Assembly (NCBI GenBank): GCA_032718475.1 | Contig: JAUCBJ010009103.1 | Location: 260,733-324,732 of the forward strand | Direction: 5' to 3' | Source of the DNA: Nemertoderma westbladi | Taxonomy: Eukaryota; Animalia; Xenacoelomorpha | DNA: 64,000 nucleotides | Shown here: positions 11,801-22,942 of the stretch, in pieces | How positions within the stretch are numbered: the first letter of the stretch is position 1 | Layout: the number at the start of each line of letters is the position of its first letter | The notes under the pieces: generated by a model | The model's input: the letters and a program-made list of their open reading frames with translations, nothing else | The model's database searches: none | Told to the model about the DNA's origin: nothing | Program-made: the position numbers and the translations under genes

Positions 11801-14035
11801 GTTTGATTGTACAGTTGAATGCCTACTACTATAACGACAGTTAAAGCAAGTCTAGTAATTCAGTATCCACTGAAAGCCTAGTAATTAATTACCGATACTG
11901 TTACTCAGTGTAACGTGATATATATATAATATATTAGAATACCGGTATACACTTATAGTATATATATAAGTATTATTACAGACTAGGGTTTGTCACAGAA
12001 TACCGGTATATAATTTCAGCATAAATATATATAAATATATAATAAGCCTACCGTGAATACCGGTATACAGCTATAATGGGTTAATGTATAACGGTATAAT
12101 GGGTTTTGACAATATTTGAAATAAATGTTATTATTTCTGGAAAGGAAGCTGAACGCTCTCAGTGAAGTGCTACTTGTTGGACACTAAAACAAATAATTCT
12201 ACTTGACTAAGTTACTTATTACTACAAACTACGTACAATTACGGGGTGAGATTACAATCTCTAAATAAACACAAAAATTACATGTACAAATTTTAGGGTA
12301 ATTTTACAGGAAATCTACAAACCAGCCTAACAAGGGGTTAGAATTTCTGGTTATTACAAACAGACAGGAAACTACGGTATTTGAATTTAATAAAGCAGTA
12401 GTAAATATATTGCGTTGTCTAGATAAGAAAATACCACCATCTGACGACTTATAGTCTCTTGCTTTACAGCTCTATAAGTACTACGTTATGTACCCGGAGT
12501 GTTCCTACCTAGAAGTTAATTACCGCAGCCAACCAGAGCTAACGTGCCTATTAACCACTTTACAACACAAATATACTGCCTACATACTAATTACCTTCGG
12601 AAAGCACTGTACACTAAACCCTAAATTAGGTACAAGTACTTATACAATAAATAACCAGCAGTTAAATATACTTGTACAGCTAAAAGAACCACGGTATCTG
12701 CTGGAGTGACTAGAGCATAAAATCACCAGTCTTTACCTATGCCAAACAGCCCTGATATAGTACCGGGGTTAATTTAACTATAACGGTATGTATAACAAGC
12801 ACAATTACTGTAGGAATTAACTTGGGGATTTATGTAGGTTGCGAATAATCGCATAAACTCTGAATAATAAATATTATGCTACCCATGCAGACTACACAAA
12901 CAAAATACAAACCAAATGCTGGCAGACTACTGCCAAGCCTAAATAAACTACAGTATATGCAGACTCCGAAATGGTTAGTTAGTATGCGTTCTAACCGAGT
13001 AGTACGACTTATTCCTTCGGAGGGGATTTACCTTACAACACTGGATGCCCCCACCTTCCTAACTAGCACTTTATCGGACAGACACTCTACACACACTGCA
13101 ATCTCTTCAGACCTAACAACAGCCAGACAACAATCCAGCCTACAAATTATTTATACAATCTGAGCAGGCTTACACGCCTTCTGCAGTTCTGCTCAATATT
13201 ACACTTACAGATAAATAAAACTGACAGAGATAAGTAAACCATACAAAGGAATAAGGGATGATCATCCCTAATCCCCTAACAGCCTACAATATACAATATA
13301 TCACAATCGAACTAATACTGGTACCCGCAAGTACCGGTTCCGGTGGTTAGGTAGTTAGGCCTACAGGTTACCGTCCGACAGGTACATTCGAATTTATTTG
13401 CCTACGTGCAATCAAGAGTTTAAAACTATTAATGTTCGCGCTTTTAGACCTTTAGCAGTTTAACCTGCCAATTTTAGGTGTCTTTTTGTATATCAATCAT
13501 TTAATGTATTGAAGGTACATCAGCCGAAGCCAGCCTGTGCGCGACCATTCACCCACAGTTAAGGGAGACTGGATTCGGATGCTTTGATAGTGATTGCAGT
13601 GTAGACCTACTGTATTATTCGATTGATTGTTAATATATAATCTCTGACAATATATTTACTTTCGGGGAAATATTAACAGTTCCTTTAGGACGTGGCACTT
13701 TAAGTATAAAACAGAGTTATGACTTATACTAATCACAACTGGATGGCTACTGAGTTTCGTAAAAAGCGCATTCTTTAGGAGATGCTTTATTAACCTTCAC
13801 ACTAGTTCACACTACTGCGCACTGATCTGCCGACTGTCACTGAATTTGATCATATATAAGGAGGATCGCAACTGACACATGTAGGGATTATGAAATAGCA
13901 TTCAATTCACACAAAAACCACTATAATGTAAGTCGCAGTTGCTACCGGTAAACCTATTCCTCTAACCTTTAGTAATCAAAGAGATTGAGGGTTTTATGAT
14001 TATTCATCGGTATTCTCCAAATATATCAGCAATAT

Positions 14036-17000
14036 CCCAGTCAAAAATCCACATGCGATACGCATGCGGGTGACGCACCAAAACCGCCTGCGGAGCGCAT
14101 GCGTGTATGTCCGGTCGAAAAAGTGCGATATGCATGCGGACCGTAAGCGTGTCCGCATGCGGACCACATGTGTGTCCGAATGCAGTCTGCATGCGGACCG
14201 CAAGCGTGTCCACATGCGGACAACAAGCGTGTCCATATGCAGAACTACAAATATCCACACGCAAAACCCTTACCACACAGGTCCATGCCCATTACGCACT
14301 CCTACTGCCAATTTGCGTCGAGTTACATCTTAAAAAGGTCGCATATATTATATATAGTCTAATATATGTCTGGTCATTTCTCAGTCGGTCTGTTTGGTAA
14401 AACACCACTGTATGAATGTCATACATACAGTGTATCAACATGCACTTGTTACGTTTTATAGGATGAAGGGCCTTATGCAATTGTAAATATTGTGCAGCTC
14501 GAAGGCTGACTAAGTCTAACGTTTTGACTAATAACTCGAGTTTAAAAAAAGATGAGAAAGCTGCTTGCAGATTTGAAATCTCTATTAAATTCGGCGCATG
14601 CACACGATAGGATTGGAAATTTGTTTGACAATTTCCAAACTAGGGGGGTGCTGTGCTACATTCCCACCCCCACCCCCAGTGTTGAGTGTTCCTTGGCGCT
14701 GAACTTGATTGGTTGGGAAGGCCGCAAATTGCCGCTAAAGATGTCCAAATGAAATTTTGAATAATAATTCAAGCACAGAGTGATACATTAACACTTCGCA
14801 CCATATTGTATTGGGTCTAAACTCTACACCGACAACCATTATTAAAGCGAATTAATAATGTTATTTATTAATTGAGGGAAAGGTTACAGTAGAAGGTTAT
14901 TCTAAAAAAACAATAAACGAGAGTCACAAACTCCGGTTACATTTTCATATTTGCTGTTGTCGGCTGTCGGATATCGGCGTAGTGCTTAAACCCTACCATA
15001 TTGTAGTTTGTTAGAGAGCGTTATATACCTGTTAATGAATCAAAGCCAACACCTCAAATGTGCAGTAATAATCTGAACTCAAAATGAGCTATCGAGCTAT
15101 CGACACAAATTCCACCTGGACGAAGAAATAATGAAGTTAATGGGAATCGAATATCGAGTACAATGGCAATATCTTATAACCAAAACAGTAACAGGTCTTT
15201 CAATTATTGCTCGTTATAAAAACAAGTTACAAACAAAAATGTTACAAAATAGTTTTATTAGAATTAGGAACTTGAAAAAAATACTCAAAACAAAACATTT
15301 TTATTTTAACCTTATTTAATCAGAACTGTACACTCGAATTCGCTTTCGTCGCTTGATCATGTATTTTTTAGATATTAGTGTAATCTTTCTTTTCCTTCCC
15401 TTAATAATTTCCTCGACGCCTCCGTCATCACGTCCTCCCTCTCCAGCCTCCGTCTGAGCGCCACCACTACGTCCTCCCTCTCCAGCCTCCTTCTGGGCGC
15501 CTCCACTTCGTCCTCCCTCTCCAGTCGGATTCCTGGAACCACACTCAGTGCTACGCGACACGAAGCTGTGTGCAGGTCTGTGTCACCAACGTACGCCAGT
15601 ATGTATTCGTGCACTAGTTTGTACATAAAGTCGTCGTTTTTGAATATTGTTTTCAGTAGGGTTGCGAGGTGACAGTCTGGAAGTATCCGGGCCGGATGCC
15701 GTTCGTCCATGGGGTCCGGATCGAGTTTGTAGAATTCCTCTCTGCCTCTGTCAGTCTGTAGCGGTTTCGAGGTGTTTAGCTATGTTTTATAGGAGCGTAG
15801 CGTGGCGATTTCGAACGGCATTCTGGCCTTCAGACCAGTTGTGCAATATATCCAGAACTTCCCTAACAGGGTCGTACGTACGTGGATGAGTTTCTAGTGG
15901 TGGGCATATTGCTGTATATTGATTTATCATGTTTATAGAATAGTTATCATGAATACCAGAATACTGTAGTAGCTAACAACAAGGCCTACGTCAGTACGTT
16001 ACCGTTACAATGCATTACAAAAATTCCATCTCCATTCAATCTCAAATCAAGTTCCAGGAATTCCAGTCTGGCCTACCGGTAGGTAGCGGTACCGCACCGC
16101 GCTACCGGCAGACCGGGTACAGGGTAGGCCTATTTTATTTTTTGCATGTTAGTTTTACCTTTTTAGGCCCTACTGGTTTACACAGTTACAGGTTTACCCT
16201 ACGTCTGTACGTCCTGACGTCAGACTGTGGCAGACCAGCCCAGCAGCATGGCGCCTGGCAGCACAGACTGGCAGTGGCAGAGCAGCCAGCCACCCAGCCA
16301 TGGGCAGATTGGCGCAAGTTGTACTGTTGTAGCTGTAGGCCTAAATGCTGCGCCGAAAGTGTACAGCGTACCGATAGCCAGAAAGCAGATGGGCGTGCCT
16401 ACATGAAAACTTTTCGAAAGGGAACTGCATACTGCTGTACTGCAGTACTGGTAAATTTGACCTAGCTCAGAAGCTAGAGATAAAATAGCTGACAGCCTGA
16501 TTTTCCCGCCAAAACCATGATTTGTGTAGAAGACAACCAAATCCTTAATTTAAATATCCTGAATTTCCATTGGCAGATAGGCTAATTACGATTTTTCTTA
16601 GAAGTGAAGGAGGCTGCTCCTGTGTTGATTTATTATGGTGCAGGTTAACTGGTTAACAGGTAGTTCGTTAAGATATCTCTATCTAGTCACTAATAATATA
16701 TGCAGCTACAGTACTGTATCTCCAGTAACTACAGTAAGCAAATGTGAGGCAACAGGATGCAGGTTTGTTGAGTGCTATGTTCTTAATCACGGTATAGGCG
16801 CCGATCTTCTTTTAGAATATAAGTATTCGGTTCAGAATAACGTCATACAAGAGGCTGACTGAATTATAAAATTTAATTACGCATCCAATCCTTGCGTGTC
16901 GCAGGAACTATTCCGTAATTCAATTTCGAACAAAAATTAATAAAACGAAATAAATGATATTTAATAATAATTATGGTAGATTTATGATATTAAGGTGAAT

Positions 17001-17470
17001 TATATCACTTTTTAAAATTTATAAAAATTTGAATCACGCATCCAATTTTCCATAGCATCTACCGTTATTTCTATTTTAAATTATAGAAATGGCACCATAC
17101 AATTAATTTAAATTATAACCAACAAAAGGTCTAAGCTATTTAATAGATTAAATCACCTGTACAAAACATCATATCATAAACACTTAATTCTTAATTAGCA
17201 CAATTATGAACACCAACGGATTGGATCACGCATCCAATCCGCGCGTATCGCATGCACAAGTCCGCACTTCAATATTTCACCTAAATTAATAAAATGCAAT
17301 AAATGACCTTATATTTGAATAATTATGGTAGATTCATGATTTTAACATGAATTATATCATTTTTTAAAATTTCTAAAAAATGTTTAAAATTTATAAATAA
17401 TTGAATTCCGCATCCAATCCACATCCCGCATGCCCTACTCATGTGGATCGCATGCGTCTTTTTGACTGGG
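14036..17470. mobile_element. Non-autonomous TIR DNA transposon (CACTA/CMC-like, Pack-type)
   Basis: TIRs CCCAGTCAAAAA..CATGCGAT; 2 extra bp (AT) relative to the empty site in the other LTR; subterminal GCATGCGGAC and CGCATCCAATCC repeats; no transposase. Confidence 0.85.
15528..15907 (-). pseudogene. DCAF1: Captured 5' coding fragment of DCAF1/VprBP (Mahjong)
   Basis: EEFYKLDPDPMDERHPARILPDCHLATLLKTIFKNDDFMYKLV...LHTASCRVALSVVPGI matches my recollection of the DCAF1 N-terminus (DPDPFDDRHP...LFKNDDFM...NTAACRLL..MPG). One stop and two small insertions. Confidence 0.85.
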
Positions 17471-18794
17471 ATATACCAACATAACACCAAGTAATAACAG
17501 AATCAAATAATGCGGTGAACAGTCAGTATGTGTTACATGAAGTATGATTCAGCAATGATTCAGTAGTTGAATTGTTAATACAGTAGTTTTACGTTCTTTT
17601 AATCAAAGCCATCTGATGTTTCTGATGTTTAGGTCAAAGTCTGAAACTTCCACAGAAGTACAGAAGAATCCTAAGCCGGTGTTCTGGGCTTAGAAAAGAT
17701 ACACACTGACTGAATTGCGTGGGTTTCTGTAGGCACTGTCCAACACAAAGTGAAAATCGCTCTGATTGGCTGAGCTGAACAAAGAACAAAGAGAGATTCA
17801 GGTTCCGCGTTGGCAGTAAATCAGCTGACAGATTGCGTCATCTGAGTCATCTTTTAGAGTATTAAGCGAATTGCGGCAGAATGGCTAGTTATGTCCGCTA
17901 AAGCACGCATACAGACATAACGGGTAAAAATGGCTTGTCATGTCCGCTAAAAGCACCTACACGGTACATTGCGGAGAAAATGACTGGTTATTTCCGCAAA
18001 AGCTTTTACAGTCCCTGAACATTTGTAATAGCCCCCCGCCCCGACAAAAAATATTTTATTGTAATAATACACAATGTTTGTTATGCCAATGTGACATACT
18101 TTATGAACGCCCCCCAAGGGAAAATATTATTTATTACAGTACCAGAAGGAAAAATAATACTAATTACAGTACCAGAAGGGAAAATAATACTAATTAAAGA
18201 ACCAGCTTAAACTAAAAAGTAGACTATCGCTAACCTATTCTCATAAGAAACATTTAATAACCATATACAACTGATTAAATTCAAACTAGTCAGGAGTTTT
18301 TTTTATAAGATCTGTTGTTCAATAAGACTGAGAGGTACTTAAATTTCACTTAAAACCATTATCATCTCTCAATAAAATAACAGAAAACTCGAGCAAAGTG
18401 AGCAGAATCCCCCCCCCCCCCCCCCCCCCAAACAGCCAACCATGTATAGGTATGGAGAATAATATGTGAGTAAATATGTAAGGTTGGAGAATAACCGCGC
18501 TGTAACTGGTGTAATATTAATTGACGGAGACACCTTTTTTAAACGCTTGTAGCTAAAGAATGAAAGTAAAAATAAAAATTATGTATCTCTATTTCAAATT
18601 TCATGCAATCTCATTCAGATTTGTAAAAAAAAATTGGTGGTCCGGTACCTGAATAAATAAGACACTGCACGCTCAGGGTACGGTACGAGATCTTACAGTC
18701 TAACGTCAGTATAGTACTACTGCACTACTAATACAACGATCGGCATGCTGCATTATATACTGTATATGTTACATATATATTAAGAATGATGTGC

Positions 18795-19320
18795 CGACGT
18801 GTCGACAAAATTGCGCCGCCACAACTCCCCATCACTTCTTTGCTAGATCATCCGCATCTTCAAGGCCGGTGTCCTTTAAGATGTCTCTCAAGAAAGTCAA
18901 TGGCTATCCATCATGCTTATTCACTCCATGAGGCCGCCAAAGCACAAGATTATGCACTGGCTGGTCCCCAAGGCGAAATCAATGTCCTGCAAAGCGGAGG
19001 CGGCTTTGTTCTAGTGTCAAGCTTGGGGAAACCAATGAGACACATCCAATATTATACGGTATAGTGTCTGGTTGGAGATATGTTCATTGTACTTGACACA
19101 GTGAACCCGGCGTAGAATTCTTGTGAAAGAGTGCATCCAGAGATTTTGTGTCCTCAGCAGCTCATCAGCCCATGCCATGTCCTCCCATGCCTTTCCCTTT
19201 ACGTATTCGTAGGTCCTCACCTGACTTCCGGATCCATGATCCCAGGTTACAGAAGTCGTCCACATGCTCAAGCATAACATTCTATGAGCTTATGCTCATC
19301 GGGTCAGAGACTTGCTGAGG
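18795..19320 (-). mobile_element. LINE (RTE-like) 3' fragment
   Basis: FTRILRRVHCVKYNEHISNQTLY and LRFAGH motifs; homologous to 430-608 and 2047-2215. Confidence 0.75.
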
Positions 19321-19332
19321 GTGACTACAAAA

Positions 19333-19732
19333 CAAAGACCCAAGACACAAATAATAAAGACCTGCATATTGTAACATGTGTTATCTTTCGTTTATTGTTT
19401 TGGTTCCCCCAACACGCCTCTGGTAAGCAGCTCCTTTACTTACTAAACCCGATCATTTAATTGGAAATGGCACCAAACGCTCTATGGCAATAGGACCTAA
19501 CGCTCTTTGGGACCTATGCTATACAAAACAAAGAGGTAAAGTAGTCCCAAAGAGCGTTAGGTCCCAAAGAGCATTAGGTCCCATGCCATAGAACGCTTAG
19601 GACCCTTTGCATTTAAAGGAGCAGAGGTTAGTAAAGGAGCAGGTTACAGAGGCGTGTTGGGGAACAAAAACAATAAACGAAAGTTAACATGTGTTTTGTA
19701 CAGGTCTTTATTACAGTATTATTTTGGTCTTT
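19333..19732. repeat. ~400-bp imperfect foldback (MITE-like) upstream of NDUFA10
   Basis: CTTTCGTTTATTGTTTTGGTTCCCCAACACGCCTCTG pairs with CAGAGGCGTGTTGGGGAACAAAAACAATAAACGAAAG; inner GGACCTAACGCTCTTTGGGAC pairs with GTCCCAAAGAGCGTTAGGTCC. Confidence 0.8.
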
Positions 19733-19918
19733 GGTCATCAGTACACCAGTACATCAGTACACTCAACAGCCCAAAGTTCAGAAGTACAGTACTCTGGCAG
19801 TCTGGTACTGTCAGACTGTAGTCCAGTAGTCAGTCTGCAGTCTACAGGTCTAGTCAGTAGGCCTACTGCAGTACTGGTACCTACTGCAGTACTGACTGTA
19901 GATTTTGATATATTCTGA

Positions 19919-20298
19919 ATGGCTGCGTTAGTGAGCCTTCCGCGACAATCTATCTTCTTGGGATGCGGCCGTCGGCGACGGATTCCCGCACTTCCTCCGG
20001 CTCATAAACTCTCCACCGCTGCGGTAAGAGCCGCTGCTATACAGGAGGGCGATCTACGTAAAGGTCGCGAGATTATACATCATGAGTTCGATCCCCAAGA
20101 AGAGGCAGAGTTGGCGAAGTATTTCCCGAACGAGGCGGACTTGAAGAGACCGACTCTGCGGCAGTGGATCCAGCATCCCATCGAGAGTTTTACCTCCATC
20201 TGCATGGACGTCGGTCCCCACATGGATAATCGATTCTCACATGTGTGGTACAATCTAACTTTGGATAAAATGCAAAACAGATGGGATTTCTGGACGAG
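19919..20298 (+). CDS. NDUFA10: NADH dehydrogenase 1 alpha subcomplex 10, exon 1
   Basis: Arg/Ser/Leu-rich mitochondrial-presequence-like start; ends AG|GTTGGA in phase 2 and joins exon 2 in frame (WDFWTR-MIVFDGN). Confidence 0.8.
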
Positions 20299-22821
20299 GT
20301 TGGATAATTTACATTTTCTACCTAACTGCCTAGGCCTTATACAGGTTATACAGTTAGAGGCTATCTATTGTTTGTTCGTTCTGTCGTTTCGTTTGTAGAC
20401 AAAATTTGAAATTCGCAATTTTATGTGCCGGTACCGTTGTACTGGCTGACTGGTGTAGTTCTAACAGATAATTTTCACCATCCGTGCAAAATCACTCCCA
20501 GGTTAAAATTCCCTAGTCAGCTAGCAGGCTAGTGTATTCTCACTCCCGGGCAGCCGGGGTCTGGGGGTGAATTTTCCTTAGTACAGTTAGTAGTAGTGTA
20601 GTTTGTCTGTAGTGTATTTTTTTACCCCCTCGGCCCTCCAGTGAAAACTCACCCCTGCTTTTATCAATTTTCACTCTCTGTCTGTGTAAAAACCATCCCC
20701 GGTTTAATTTCCCTAGCTGCCTAGTCAGCTAGTGCAGTAGTCTATTCTCACTGCCGGTGCCCGGTGTATCAGCATTCAGCACGTAAATTACCTACCTTAC
20801 TTAATAAATAGATAGATACACATTAGCACCTTTCGAGCAGCCGTGACTTAAATGTAGTAACTTTAGATACTGTACCGGTACGGCCTTTCGCGCAGCACAT
20901 GAGTTCAATGAAATAAATATACAGTAATGTATATAAAAGACTGATTCAATTTATTTATTCTCGAATCTCCTGTGGCCTTGTACCGGTACAGTATTAGATG
21001 GCACAGGCACACTAGAAGTAACTAGAAGGCTTATATCGTATTTAAATTAATAATGAAATTTAAAATATCGTGGGGGTTAAGAATACACTGAGGGGGGTTA
21101 AATTTCACTAAAAAATCACCCAGAGTACGGGCTGTTACACCGGCTGTCCGATTTATTAATATTTTATTTATTATTTTGGTTAGAGTTAGTTGGTGGTTGG
21201 TGAAGTTTGCACTCTAGTTAGAGCAGAGCAACCTAGACTAGAACATATTATATTAAAATGATACCAGTAGTAGGCCTAGAGGATATGGTCCGATCCTTTT
21301 TACCTTTTTATCGTCTAAGTAGCCTACACTGCTGATAATGCCATACAATGTATAGTATATGCCAGATCATGCATCTAATCTACCACATTTTCATTGTGTC
21401 CCTTCACCAATTCACACTTCACGAGTCATAACTGTGTATAAATACCAGATAAATTGCTATTGTCGTGTTTAAAAGATAGCTGAAGCTGTTGCTTATTTAT
21501 TTTGTCACATTTTGTATTTTACTACATAATATTAGGTACCGTAATCACAACGGCTATTTTACCATATAACGCACCTTCTATGCATTGATGATTCTGCTGG
21601 GTATAGTCAATCTCATAACTATACTAAAATCAATTTGAATAAAAAAAAAGTGATCACAAATGAATATAACATTTTGGCTCAATAGCCAGAGGCCAGATAC
21701 TCATGAAATGGCTGAATAGATTAATTAAAATTACAGAATTGTTTAAATTGGTTTAATTTATGCTAAGAAAAAAGTTATTAGGCCTACTTAACTTATTAAT
21801 ATTATTCGTTTCAATCTCGAAGTCGTAATTAGACTACCTACGAGGAGATATATACCGAGATAAGTCCCACTTAAGGAGAAAATTGCGATTTATAACAATT
21901 TTGACATGGGTAATTTTGTAATAACGACCTAGTTGCTAAGGCCTTTCAGGAGCGCATAATTCGAAGATAAGGCCTAGCGACTGCAGGCCTAGCGACTGCA
22001 TGAAACAACATGTCATAAAAATAAACTTCCTTAGAAACTGATGTAGTTCATAGAAACGGGTAGTTACAGTTCATATTCTAACCTCTGGTAAAATTAAGGG
22101 GAAAGGGGCAGGTTACAGTGGTGGAGTTTTCGAACCAAAACAATAAACGAAACTAGATTTATTAATCAACGGAAATAAGCAGGTTACGATGGCGGTGTTT
22201 TCGAACCAAAACAATAAACGATTTCTCAATAACATAGGTCACAGTCTTATTTTTGAAACACGAAAATACCAGAGGTGCGGAGATAAGAACTGTAACTTAA
22301 GCGGGTCATTACTTCAAAGTTGCCCAAGGTGTGAAAGTGCATAAAACACATTCTTATGTTAAGAGGGACCCATAGACACCGAAGCATCCAAGAAATCTAA
22401 TCCGTTCAAAAATTTCGGTTGGGTAAAAGCTGCCGTATTATAAAACATGTTTTGCCAACTAAGATAACTTCTGAAACAATTTGCAGATTATACATTCATA
22501 CGGCATTTATTTATTTATTTAGTTTTTATTTATTTATTTAGTACTTTTTTAGTACTTTGTTATTTTTTATACTAGATGTATAGTTATAAAGATACAAACC
22601 ATGGGGAAGGAAATATTTCTGGATGGGCATAGTGAATTGAATAGAATCGGATTACTTTTGTACTTATCAACAATAATAAATGTAATTAGATTCGCCATTG
22701 TCCATAATTAGCAGTATTATTTATTATCCTTTAAAAGTAACAGATCATTGGAATATTATTTGAGTTTAAATAATAATAGACTCATTAAATATTACAGTTA
22801 TTATCTATGTTTACCGTTTAG

Positions 22822-22942
22822 GATGATTGTTTTTGATGGAAATATTGGCTGCGGTAAATCGACAATAGCGAAGGAAGTTGCCCAAAAGTACGGGTTGAAA
22901 TACTACCCAGAGCCTGATCTCTACTACTGGGAAAGGAGGCAG
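22822..22942 (+). CDS. NDUFA10: NDUFA10 exon 2 (dNK-fold P-loop)
   Basis: TTTAG| acceptor; MIVFDGNIGCGKSTIAKEVAQKYGLKYYPE; donor CAG|GTTAGT, phase 0. Confidence 0.92.

Larger units (their letters stand above)
7718..18010 (-). mobile_element. Non-autonomous LTR retrotransposon (pol absent), Bel/Pao-like 5-bp TSD
   Basis: ~1.23-kb TG...CA direct repeats; GTCCC at 7713-7717 and 18011-18015; minus-strand purine tract GGGAGCGG abutting the LTR at 8947-8954; internal ORFs on the minus strand; no RT or integrase motifs. Confidence 0.9.
13433..18010 (-). repeat. 5' LTR of element 1, interrupted at 14036-17470
   Basis: Identity to 7718-8946 stops at CAGCAATAT (14035) and resumes at ATATACCAAC (17471). 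Confidence 0.92.

Noticed and set aside
14000-14400. Cluster of Cys/His-rich short ORFs
   Set aside because: Translation of subterminal GCATGCGGAC repeats.
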